Assembly: GCA_041946635.1 (NCBI GenBank)
Contig: JBHGAX010000001.1
Span: forward strand, 1 to 50,558
From: Candidatus Methylomirabilales bacterium
GTDB taxonomy: Bacteria; Methylomirabilota; Methylomirabilia; Methylomirabilales; 2-02-FULL-66-22
Direction of reading: 5' to 3'
Length of the DNA: 50,558 bases
Shown here: in pieces, positions 35,776 to 44,269 of the stretch
Layout: every line of letters starts with the position of its first letter
How positions within the stretch are numbered: the stretch's first letter is position 1
The notes under the pieces: model-generated
What the model saw: only the letters and a program-made list of their open reading frames with translations
The model's database searches: none
What the model was told of the DNA's origin: nothing
Made by a program: the position numbers and the translations under genes

Positions 35776-35874
35776 TCAAGCTCCCTTGGGCCCTCGGCCG
35801 GAGCGCGGGCGGGATGAATCTCGCCCCCTCACGGCGCCGTGTTTATGCCGCCCGGGTCGTGGGCGCGGATTGCG

Positions 35875-37470
35875 TCAGGCTGCCCAGTCCGCCGCGAGGC
35901 CCATGGGCTCGGGACGGAAGATCCGCGCCTCCATGGGCCGGCAATCGGGCGCCACGCGGAGCGGGAAGCCCACGCGCGGGCGGATCTCCGTGTCCACCTC
36001 GACGCCGGGCGCCACCTCCGCGAGCGTCGGGCCCTGGTCCGTCAGCCGGAAGACGCAGCGCTCCGTGACGTACAGGACCTCCTGGCCCTCCAGCGCGGCC
36101 CGCCGGCCGTTGAAGGTCACGTGCTGGGTCGCCGCCACGAACTTCTGGAACCGCCCCTCCTGCAGGATGCGCAGCCGCCCGTCCTCCGCCCGGACGTCCA
36201 GCCCTCCCGCCGTCAGGGTGCCGCAGAAGATCAGGCGGCGAAGGCCCTGGGACAGGTCGATGAACCCGCCCGCCCCCGCCAGCACGTGCGGCTGCGCCTT
36301 GAGACGGCTCACGTTGGCGTTGCCCCGGGCGTCCACCTCGGCGAAGGCCAGGCAGCCGACGGTGATGCCGCCGCCGTCGATCAGGTCGAACTGCGAGGCG
36401 GAGTCGATGATCGCCTCGGGATTGTGCGAGGCGCCGAAGGCGAAGCCGGTGAGGGGCAGGCCGGCGATGGAGCCCTGCTCCACGGTGAAGCAGAGCGCAT
36501 CCAGCACGCCTTCCTCGAAGGCGATGGTGGGCACCAGGGACGAGATCCCGAAGCCGAGGTTCACGACGTGGCCGGGCTGGAGCTGGCACAGCGCGCGCCG
36601 GGCGATGATCTTCTCCGGGCCGAGCGGCACGGGCTGGATGGGCAGGGTCGCCGAGCGGATCTCGCCGCTGATCGCCGGGTCGTACGCGATGCCGGTGTTC
36701 TGGCGCTGCTCCGGGTCCAGCACCAGGGCGTCCACCAGGATGCCCGGCACCCGGACCATCTGCGGCGCGAGTGTGCCCGCGGCCACCACGCGCTTCACCT
36801 GGGCAATCACGGTCCCGCCGCAGTTGTGCGCCGCCATGGCCTGGGGCAGGACCCCCATGAAGGTCCCCTCGTGCTCCAGCGCGAGGTTGCCGTGCGTGTC
36901 GGCCGTGGTGGCGCGGATCACCGCCGCGTGGATGGGGAAGCTCCGGTAGAAGAGCCACTCCTCGCCGGCCAGCTGGACCACCTCCACCAGGTCGGGCGGG
37001 GTCGCGTCGTTCATCCGCCCGCCCTGGTCGCGCGGGTCCACGAACGTCCCCAGGCCGATCTTGGTGATCACGCCCGGCTTCCGCGCGGCGATGTCCCGGT
37101 GCAGGTGCAGGAGCGGGCCCAGCGGGAAGTTGTAGGCCTCCACCTGGTTGGCGTGGATCATCGCGTAGATCTTGGGCGACGGCTTGGAGGCGGGGCCGTT
37201 GACGTACGAACCGCCCACCAGCCGCTTCAGGAGGCCGGGATGCGCCAGGTGATCCAGGCCCACCGTGCCGAAGGAATCCCCGACGGCCAGGGGGAAGACC
37301 ACCGTCAGCCCGTGCGGCTCCCCGGAGGCCAGGAACCGGCCGCCGATCGCGGCCAGCACCTTGTCGGGCACGAGCTGCGCGGCGGAGCTGCTCACCGTCA
37401 CGGTTGCCCCGCTCGGGATCAGCCGGGCGGCTTCCTCCGGTGTGAGGATCGGTTTCACGCGCCTGTCCAC
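35875..37470 (-). CDS. Family-I acyl-CoA:carboxylate CoA-transferase (YdiF/propionate CoA-transferase-like)
   Basis: A 531-aa fused alpha/beta CoA-transferase. GTG start with AAGGAG SD. It is the first gene of the co-directional cluster. Confidence 0.88.
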   Translation of the reverse strand: MDRRVKPILTPEEAARLIPSGATVTVSSSAAQLVPDKVLAAIGGRFLASGEPHGLTVVFPLAVGDSFGTVGLDHLAHPGLLKRLVGGSYVNGPASKPSPKIYAMIHANQVEAYNFPLGPLLHLHRDIAARKPGVITKIGLGTFVDPRDQGGRMNDATPPDLVEVVQLAGEEWLFYRSFPIHAAVIRATTADTHGNLALEHEGTFMGVLPQAMAAHNCGGTVIAQVKRVVAAGTLAPQMVRVPGILVDALVLDPEQRQNTGIAYDPAISGEIRSATLPIQPVPLGPEKIIARRALCQLQPGHVVNLGFGISSLVPTIAFEEGVLDALCFTVEQGSIAGLPLTGFAFGASHNPEAIIDSASQFDLIDGGGITVGCLAFAEVDARGNANVSRLKAQPHVLAGAGGFIDLSQGLRRLIFCGTLTAGGLDVRAEDGRLRILQEGRFQKFVAATQHVTFNGRRAALEGQEVLYVTERCVFRLTDQGPTLAEVAPGVEVDTEIRPRVGFPLRVAPDCRPMEARIFRPEPMGLAADWAA

Positions 37471-37576
37471 GCGCAGCTCCTTGGGGTCGGGCGGCGGCCC
37501 GGACGCGGCCCTGCCGCCTGTGCAGCCGGCACAGCTTCTGCGAGATTGCCGCTTGCTGTCAAGGATTCTGTCGCGC

Positions 37577-38407
37577 TCAGCCCTTCACCGCGCCCATGCC
37601 CCAGCCGCGGATCAGGAACCGCTGGACGACCAGGAAGAAGAGGATGGCGGGAATGGTGACGAGGACCGCGCCCGACATCAGGAGCCCCCAGTCCACGATG
37701 GTGGATTCGTAGATGTTCTGGAGCCCGACCGGCATGGTCATGAGCAGCGGCTCGTTCAGCAGGATGCGCGCGAACAGGTAGTCGTTCCAGACCACCACGA
37801 ACGCGAACACGGATGTGGCGATGATGCCGGGCAGGGCCTGAGGCAGCACCACGTACACCAGGGACTGGAAACGCGTGGCCCCGTCGATGAAGGCGGCATG
37901 CTCCAGCTCCACGGGGAACGACTGGAAGAAGGCGCGGAGCAGCCACAGCGTGAACGGCAGCGAGATGGAGGTGTAGGCCAGGATGATCCCGAGGTGCGAG
38001 TTCACGAGGCCCGCCTGCTGCAGGAGGATGTAGACGGGGATGATGATCATGATGGGCGCGAACATGTAGGTGAAGAGGGTCATGTTGGCCAGCAGCTCCT
38101 TCCCGGGATAGCGAAACCGGGTGAGGCTGTAGGCGCCCAGGGTGGAGATGACGATGTCCAGCGCCACCGTGACCCCGGCCACGATGATGCTGTTCTTGAA
38201 ATAGACCATGAAGTACGTCTCGCCCACCAGCCGGCGAAAGTTGGCCAGGCTGTAGTTGCCGAAGAGCTGCGGGGGATACGCGAACAGGTCCCCGGCGGGC
38301 TTGAGCGAGGTGTAGAGCATCCAGAGCAGCGGCACCCCGCACAGGAGGAGCAGCGCCGCCGAGCCGGCATACAGCGCGCCCGCGAAGCCCAGTCGCCGCA
38401 GCCCCAT
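37577..38407 (-). CDS. ABC sugar transporter permease (MalG/binding-protein-dependent family)
   Basis: A 276-aa protein with six helices and the EAA-loop region (ELEHAAFIDGATRFQSL). Confidence 0.88.
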   Translation of the reverse strand: MGLRRLGFAGALYAGSAALLLLCGVPLLWMLYTSLKPAGDLFAYPPQLFGNYSLANFRRLVGETYFMVYFKNSIIVAGVTVALDIVISTLGAYSLTRFRYPGKELLANMTLFTYMFAPIMIIIPVYILLQQAGLVNSHLGIILAYTSISLPFTLWLLRAFFQSFPVELEHAAFIDGATRFQSLVYVVLPQALPGIIATSVFAFVVVWNDYLFARILLNEPLLMTMPVGLQNIYESTIVDWGLLMSGAVLVTIPAILFFLVVQRFLIRGWGMGAVKG

Positions 38408-39328
38408 CTAGGCCTCCAGGTCGCGCCGGTAGGCGCGGAAATAGACGATGGAGAGGAGGATCAGCAGCAGGAACAGGCTGACCGACACGGCGGCGCCCTC
38501 CCCCGCCTGGAACGTGGCGAAGGTCTTCCGGAAGGCGTACACGGGGAGGTTCTCCACCAGCCGCTGCAGGCCGCCCCCCGTGGCCATGAGCCAGGGCACG
38601 TCGAACTTGGTGAACATGAAGAACGTGCGCAGCAGGATCACCACGAACAGGACGTTGCGGAGCTCCGGGAGCGTGACGTGCAGGAAGCGCCGCCAGGCGC
38701 CCGCCCCGTCGATGGCGGCCGCCTCGTAGAGCTGCAGGTCGATGGTCTGGAGCCGCGCCAGCAGGCTGATCACCACGAAGGGGAAGAACTGCCACACCGC
38801 CACGAAGATGGTGGAGGCCATGAGCCAGTCCGGCCCGAGCCACACGACCGGCGCGTCCACGATCCCCAGCGCCTGCAGCAGGTAGTTCACGGGGCCGTAG
38901 GTGGCGCTGAGCAGCCACTTCCAGATCAGGATGGTGACGATGGTGGGCAGCATGTAGGGGAAGAGCGTGATGCCCCGGACGAAGCCGCGGCCGGTGAACG
39001 ACTGGTGGAGGAGCATCGCCGCGCCGAGGCCGAGGAGCACCTGGAGGCCGACGCTCCCCACCGCGAAGATCGCCCCCCGCCAGAAGCTGGACCAGAAGTC
39101 GGGGTCGCCCATGAGGCCCGCGTAGTTGGCGAGGCCCACGAACTCGTAGTGCGGCATGAGGGCGTGCTTGTTGGTGAGGCTGAGCCACAGGGAGTAGCCC
39201 ACCGGGAAGAAGATGAAGCCGAAGATGATGAGGAAGGTGGGCAGCGCGAGCAGGAACCCCGAGAGGGCCGCGCGCCGGCGCGCGGCCCCTCCGCCCTTCC
39301 GGCCAGCCGGGCCTGCATGCATCCCCAT
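38408..39328 (-). CDS. ABC sugar transporter permease (MalF-like)
   Basis: A 306-aa polytopic protein with EAA-loop LYEAAAIDGAGAWRRF. Its stop abuts the next start. Confidence 0.88.
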   Translation of the reverse strand: MGMHAGPAGRKGGGAARRRAALSGFLLALPTFLIIFGFIFFPVGYSLWLSLTNKHALMPHYEFVGLANYAGLMGDPDFWSSFWRGAIFAVGSVGLQVLLGLGAAMLLHQSFTGRGFVRGITLFPYMLPTIVTILIWKWLLSATYGPVNYLLQALGIVDAPVVWLGPDWLMASTIFVAVWQFFPFVVISLLARLQTIDLQLYEAAAIDGAGAWRRFLHVTLPELRNVLFVVILLRTFFMFTKFDVPWLMATGGGLQRLVENLPVYAFRKTFATFQAGEGAAVSVSLFLLLILLSIVYFRAYRRDLEA

Positions 39329-39388
39329 CCGCCAGTCCTCTCGCAGCGCGGCGGGGCCCCGGCAGGGACCGGGGCCCCGCGCGGCCGC

Positions 39389-40804
39389 TCAGGCCCGCTT
39401 CTTGCCGCGGATGGGATCGGGCACGGGGTACCCCAGCTTGCGGATGAGATCGTTGGCCCGGTCGCTGATGCGCTGGCCGGCCTCCTTGGGCGAGCGGCGC
39501 CCCTGCGCCATGCCCACGATCTCGTCCGCGATGATCCCGGAGTCGAACACCTCCGCCAGGAACGGGATCTGGATGTTCGTGGCCGGGTAGAACACCCCGA
39601 CCGGGATGGCCTGCTTCCGATCGATGTAGATCTCCTGCTGCCGGATCCAATTGGCCCAGGTCTTCAGCTCGGGCAGGGCCCTGTACTCCGGGTCCGCGCG
39701 CAGCGACTTGGTGATCGGGAACATGTGCACCGGGTACTGCTTGATGTAGTTGAGGTACATGTCCCGCGTGTAGAAGAGCTTCAGCCAGTCCTTGGCCAGC
39801 TCCTGATTCGGGGATTTCGAGAAGACGACCCACAGCTCGGCGTCCAGGTCCGTGTAGGGCTTGGTGCCGGAGGGGCCCACCGGGCGCCAGACCGGGAAGA
39901 AGAACTCCTCCGAGGCCTTGCCCGGCGCGTAGCGGTCGATGGAGCCCGCGATCCGGCCGTAGCCGTGATCGATCATCGTGGTCACGCCGGTCGAGAACTC
40001 CACGATCATGCCCAGCCACGACTGGCTGAGCCAGTCGGGCGGCACCACCTTGCTGTCGGCCAGCGACTTCACGAACTCCAGGGTCTGGACGAACGGCTCG
40101 GTGTGGAAGATCGGGTTCCACTTCTGGTCGTAGTAGCCGCCGCCGTTCGAGCTGACCCAGCGGCCCACGTGCTCCTGCAGGAAGTAGCCGGTGCCGGGGA
40201 GGCTCATGCCCCACTGCCGCTTGTCCGGCTTGGTGACGGCCTTCAGGTAGTCGAGCTCCTCTTTCCAGCTCTTGAACATCGGCTGGGTGATGTCCGCCGG
40301 GACCTTGTAGCCCGCCTGCTCGGCGATGTCCTTCCGGATCATGATCGCCGGGCTGCCCACGTGGTGCGAGATGCCCCATCGCTTGCCGTCGATGAGGCTC
40401 ATGTCGCGCACGACCTCGACCACGTCGTTCACCCCGACGGCCTGGTACACCTCGTCGATCGGGACGATGGCGCCTTTCGCGTGGAAGGAACTGAAGTGAT
40501 AGCAGTTGATGTGCGCGAGGTCCGGCGGGCTGCCGGCCGCCAGCGCCGTGTAGAGCTTCGGCCCCAGCTCCGCCCAGCCGATGCCCTGCTGGACGGCCTT
40601 CACCCCGGCGTGGGTCTTCTCGAACTGGTCGCACACCCGCTGCACGGCCTTCACGGCCGTGTCGGAGGCCTCGGTGTGCCAGATGGTGAGCGTGCGGCCC
40701 TGGGCCCGCGCCCGCCTGGCCACCACCGAAGATCCCAGGCCGGCCACGGCCGCGCCGGCCACGCCCTTCACGAAGCCTCGTCGGCTGATGAGCTGCTTGG
40801 CCAT
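39389..40804 (-). CDS. ABC transporter extracellular solute-binding protein (family 1) with Tat-type signal
   Basis: Start at ATG 40804 (GGGAGGGGG SD): MAKQLISRRGFVKGVAGAAVAGLG. Periplasmic sugar-binding-protein-like composition. Confidence 0.88.
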   Translation of the reverse strand: MAKQLISRRGFVKGVAGAAVAGLGSSVVARRARAQGRTLTIWHTEASDTAVKAVQRVCDQFEKTHAGVKAVQQGIGWAELGPKLYTALAAGSPPDLAHINCYHFSSFHAKGAIVPIDEVYQAVGVNDVVEVVRDMSLIDGKRWGISHHVGSPAIMIRKDIAEQAGYKVPADITQPMFKSWKEELDYLKAVTKPDKRQWGMSLPGTGYFLQEHVGRWVSSNGGGYYDQKWNPIFHTEPFVQTLEFVKSLADSKVVPPDWLSQSWLGMIVEFSTGVTTMIDHGYGRIAGSIDRYAPGKASEEFFFPVWRPVGPSGTKPYTDLDAELWVVFSKSPNQELAKDWLKLFYTRDMYLNYIKQYPVHMFPITKSLRADPEYRALPELKTWANWIRQQEIYIDRKQAIPVGVFYPATNIQIPFLAEVFDSGIIADEIVGMAQGRRSPKEAGQRISDRANDLIRKLGYPVPDPIRGKKRA

Positions 40805-41091
40805 GCTTCCCCCTCCCTTTCGGCTGGAATATCGAGCCACGCGGCCGCGCGCTGCGGAAGGCGGCGGGGCACGCTGGGGGCTCGGAGGGTGTCGCCGGCT
40901 CCGGGCCGGCGTGCCGGCGTCGGGCAACGGATGGCGCGCAGACACGCGGAGATCCCGAGGCGGGGTCGCGAGGGCGAGGACTGGACGGTCCGACACTGGC
41001 ATCGTCCGGCGAGCGGGAAATCACACTCAATTGGTACCGTAGCCCAGGGGCTCTCGGGCGTCAAGGCAATTGCGGCGGTGAAGCGCCGGCG

Positions 41092-42135
41092 TCAGTGCGC
41101 GGGGAAGAGCAGCGTGCGGAGCGTCGTGCGGTCGGCCACCATCTGCAGGGCGGCCGCCAGGTCGGTGAGCGGGAGGCGCGCGGTGATCAGCGCCTGGACG
41201 GGCACGTCGCCCGCGGCCAGCTGGCGCACCGACTCGGCCACGTCCACCGGCGTGTGGTGGTAGATGGGGAGGATCGCGATCTCCTGGTAGTGCAGGTGCC
41301 CGAGGTCGACGGGCAGCATCTGCCCGGGCGCCACGCCGCCGAAGCCGACCAGCGTGCCGCCCCGTCCCACCAGGCTCAGCGCCTCGCGGTGCGTGTCCAC
41401 CGTGCCGATGGCCTCGATCACCACGTCGGCGTCGGCGCGGCCGGTGGCCGCCCGGAGGACCTCCGCGGCCGGGCGGTCGGCCGTGTTCAGGGCGTGCGCG
41501 GCCCCCATCTGCTTGGCCACCGCCAGGCGCGAGTCCAGGCGATCCAGGGCCACCAGGGTGAGCCCGGCGCCGTGGCGCAGGTGCAGGGCGCGCGTGAGGA
41601 AGAGGCCCATGGGGCCGGCGCCCAGCACGACCACCGTCTCGCCCGGCCGCACGGGCACCCGGCGGCTGGCCTGGAGGGCGCAGGCGTAGGGCTCGGCGAA
41701 CACCACCTGTTCCAGCGGCACGCGGGCAGGGACGGCATGGAGATTCACGCGGGCCAGGCGCGCGGGCACCAGGATGTAGGGGGCGAAGGCGCCGTTCAGG
41801 TACTGGATCGTCTCGCACATGCTCTGGCGGCCCCGCCCGCACTGGCGGCACAGCGGCCCCGCGGGATCGCAGGGCACGGAGTTGGCCGAGGCCACGCGCT
41901 GGCCGGGCTGCCAGGCGGCCCCCGCCCCGGCCTCCACCACGGTGCCGGCCCACTCGTGGCCGAAGAGGCCCGGCACGCGGATCATGGGATGCGATCCCCG
42001 CAGGTACACCTTCCGGTCGGTGAAGTCCACGGAGGCCACGTCCACCCGGGCCAGCACCTCGCCCGGCCCGGGCCGCGGGATGGCGACGTCCTCGAACCGC
42101 ACGTCCTCGGGCCCGTGCAGCACGGCCGCCCGCAT
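41092..42135 (-). CDS. Zn-dependent medium-chain alcohol/polyol dehydrogenase
   Basis: Start at ATG 42135 (GGAGG 4 nt upstream): MRAAVLHGPEDVRF. Contains GHEWAGTVVE and the Rossmann motif VVVLGAGPMG. Confidence 0.88.
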   Translation of the reverse strand: MRAAVLHGPEDVRFEDVAIPRPGPGEVLARVDVASVDFTDRKVYLRGSHPMIRVPGLFGHEWAGTVVEAGAGAAWQPGQRVASANSVPCDPAGPLCRQCGRGRQSMCETIQYLNGAFAPYILVPARLARVNLHAVPARVPLEQVVFAEPYACALQASRRVPVRPGETVVVLGAGPMGLFLTRALHLRHGAGLTLVALDRLDSRLAVAKQMGAAHALNTADRPAAEVLRAATGRADADVVIEAIGTVDTHREALSLVGRGGTLVGFGGVAPGQMLPVDLGHLHYQEIAILPIYHHTPVDVAESVRQLAAGDVPVQALITARLPLTDLAAALQMVADRTTLRTLLFPAH

Positions 42136-42198
42136 GCGGCCTCCGGCGGGGAGCGCCGGCGAGGCTGAAGTGATCATGCGTTTCCACCCAGGCTGCTT

Positions 42199-42279
42199 GC
42201 AGGTTTCAGATGGCCGATTGCCGATTGCAGACCCGCGCCGACCGGCGAAGATCTGAAATCGTCAAATCTGCAATCTGCC
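42199..42279. repeat. CCGATTG/CAGATTT-type heptad hairpin between the two ADH genes
   Basis: The left arm is ...cagatggccgattgccgattgcagac and the right arm is gaagatctgaaatcgtcaaatctgcaatctgcc. About 25 imperfect bp can form. Confidence 0.65.
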
Positions 42280-42289
42280 GTGCCATGGC

Positions 42290-43306
42290 TCATGGCTGGA
42301 AGATCACCTTCACGGCCTGCCCGCTCCGCTGCAGCCGCACGCCCTCCTCGAAGGCGGTGAGCGGCAGGCGGTGGCTGATCAGGGGGAGGACCTGAACCTG
42401 GTTGGTGGCGAGAAGGTCGAGCGCGGCGGCGAGCGTGGCCGGCGTGGCCGAATAGGTGCTGCAGACCGAGAGCTCGCGGTGGTACAGGTCCCCGAAGTCC
42501 AGGGGGAGCAGGGGGCCCTCCGCCGGCCCGGCGAACACGTTGATCCGGCCGCCCGCGCGCACCAGGCGCTGGGCCTGGGCCAGCACGGCGGCCGTCGCCA
42601 CGGTGAGCACGACGCCGTCCAGGCCTGCGCCGCCGGTCGTCTCGGCCACCACGCGGGCCAGGTCCTCGCGCGCCGGGTTGACGGTCTCCTTCACGCGGAG
42701 CGCCCGGGCCAGCGCCAGGCGCGATTCCGAGACCTCGACCACCACGGGCACCGCGCCCCGGGCGGCGAGGACCTGTGCGATGAGCAGCCCCATGCCGCCG
42801 CCGCCGAAGACGCCGATGCGATCGCCCGGCTGGACGGCCGAGCGCTCCACGGCCCGGACCGCACAGGCCAGCGGTTCCGTGAAGGCCGCCGCGTCGAAGG
42901 CGAGCTCGGCCGGCAGGCGGAAGGCCACGTGCTGGACGTGCAGGGCGGACAGCCGCACGAACTCGGCGAAGCCGCCCGGCTCGATATTCGTCGCCTTGAA
43001 TTGCCGGCACATGGACTCGCTGCCGTGCCGGCAGGCCCAGCAGCGCCCGCACGGCACGTGGTGTGCGGCCACGACCCGGTCGCCGACGGCCAAGCGGGTG
43101 ACGTCCGGCGCCACGGCGTGGATCACGCCGGCGATCTCGTGGCCCAGCGGGCGCTGCCCGGCGCCCGGCTCGGCGAGCTTCGCCAGGTCGGTGCCGCAGA
43201 GGCCCGCCGCCTTGACCGCCAGCAGCGCCTCGCCGCTGCCCAGGGCGGGCGTCTGGACCTCCTGCAGGGCGAAGCCCCCGCGCGGCCGGGAGACGATGGC
43301 CTTCAT
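42290..43306 (-). CDS. Zn-dependent medium-chain alcohol/polyol dehydrogenase (second copy)
   Basis: Start at ATG 43306: MKAIVSRPRGGFALQEV. Contains CGTDL, GHEIAGVI and the structural-Zn Cys cluster CGRCWACRHG. Confidence 0.88.
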   Translation of the reverse strand: MKAIVSRPRGGFALQEVQTPALGSGEALLAVKAAGLCGTDLAKLAEPGAGQRPLGHEIAGVIHAVAPDVTRLAVGDRVVAAHHVPCGRCWACRHGSESMCRQFKATNIEPGGFAEFVRLSALHVQHVAFRLPAELAFDAAAFTEPLACAVRAVERSAVQPGDRIGVFGGGGMGLLIAQVLAARGAVPVVVEVSESRLALARALRVKETVNPAREDLARVVAETTGGAGLDGVVLTVATAAVLAQAQRLVRAGGRINVFAGPAEGPLLPLDFGDLYHRELSVCSTYSATPATLAAALDLLATNQVQVLPLISHRLPLTAFEEGVRLQRSGQAVKVIFQP

Positions 43307-43695
43307 TTCCGCCTTCGCGGCGAACGCCGCGGCGGGGGCGCGCCCGGCCGGCGGGCCGGGCGCGGCTCCTCGGCCGCCTCGTCCGGGCCGGCCCCGGCCG
43401 GCGCCTCGGGAGGCGCCAGCCCGCGGGCGGCCGCCTCGTCCGGGTCCAGCGGGCGCTTGCGGAGCCCCTTGAAGGGAAGCGAGCGGGCCATGACCTTCTC
43501 CTTGCACTTGCTGCAGCGCCAGCCCACGCACAGCCCGTACTTCTGCCAGATCCAGTCGGCGGGGAACATCCGGCCGCCGCACTTCCGGCAGACCTTGGTG
43601 CCCGCCTCCTTGGCCCAGCGCGGGCTGGTCGGCTCCTCTCGCGGCTGGCCCTGCGGCCGGCGCCGCCGCCCGCCCTTCTCGCCGTCCTGGCTCAT
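43303..43695 (-). CDS. Hypothetical Arg/Pro-rich protein with a Zn-ribbon
   Basis: CRKCGG...CSKCK motif. The stop overlaps the ADH start (ATGA). Low-complexity flanks make its coding status uncertain. Confidence 0.4.
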   Translation of the reverse strand: MSQDGEKGGRRRRPQGQPREEPTSPRWAKEAGTKVCRKCGGRMFPADWIWQKYGLCVGWRCSKCKEKVMARSLPFKGLRKRPLDPDEAAARGLAPPEAPAGAGPDEAAEEPRPARRPGAPPPRRSPRRRK

Positions 43696-43770
43696 CGGCC
43701 CATCCCGGCGCCGGGGCTCGATCCTGGACCCGGGCCTTCAGACTGGCGGCGCTGGACGGGCGTGTGCATG

Positions 43771-43800
43771 TGCGTAATCTGCGTCATCTGCGGATGATCC
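43771..43800. repeat. Direct 9-mer repeats (TGCGTAATC-type)
   Basis: The array reads tgcgtaatc tgcgtcatc tgcggatgatcc. A near-identical array is at 48994-49025. Confidence 0.7.
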
Positions 43801-43858
43801 ATCTCCGGTCTTTAGGGCCAGAGATAGTCGGAGTAGACGGTGAGGCGAAGGGGGTCCG

Positions 43859-44218
43859 TCATCCTGCGCGCGACCCCCGGCACGTCGGGCAGGGGCAGAG
43901 CTGTCGGAGGTAGCTGTAGGAGTAGATGCCCGCGTCGTGCGCGTCGCTCCACACGAAGTTGACGGCGTAGCGCCCCACGGGTTTCACGTCGGTCGCCTGG
44001 ACCTCCCCCGCCCGCACCACCGGGCCGGAGAGCACGGTGAGGCTTGCGGCGGGCGCGGGCTTGCTCCGCTGGTCCGCGCAGAGCGCGCAGGGACACTCCC
44101 GGCGGAGGAGGTCAAAACCGTAGCGGCTCTCGTGGCCGTCGCCCCAGCGCACGACCATCTCGCGGCGCTCCCGGCTCACCGTGATGTCCGTCGGCGCGGT
44201 GGGATCCGCGGTGCTCAT
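43859..44218 (-). CDS. DUF971 protein (gamma-butyrobetaine hydroxylase N-terminal-like, Cys-rich)
   Basis: Start preferred at ATG 44218 (GGAGA SD). Contains DGHESRYGFDLLRRECPCALC ... YLRQLCPCPTC. Confidence 0.75.
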   Translation of the reverse strand: MSTADPTAPTDITVSRERREMVVRWGDGHESRYGFDLLRRECPCALCADQRSKPAPAASLTVLSGPVVRAGEVQATDVKPVGRYAVNFVWSDAHDAGIYSYSYLRQLCPCPTCRGSRAG

Positions 44219-44269
44219 CGCATCTCCATGCACACGTCGTGAACCGCCTGCGTGTCCACGGCACGCATC

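Noticed and set aside
37265-41263. 1332-aa plus-strand ORF and 1191-aa minus-strand ORF (37455-41030) spanning the ABC transporter region
   Set aside because: No recognisable domains and extreme R/G/P/A/H composition. The third frame encodes clean permease and binding-protein genes with SDs and abutting stops and starts.
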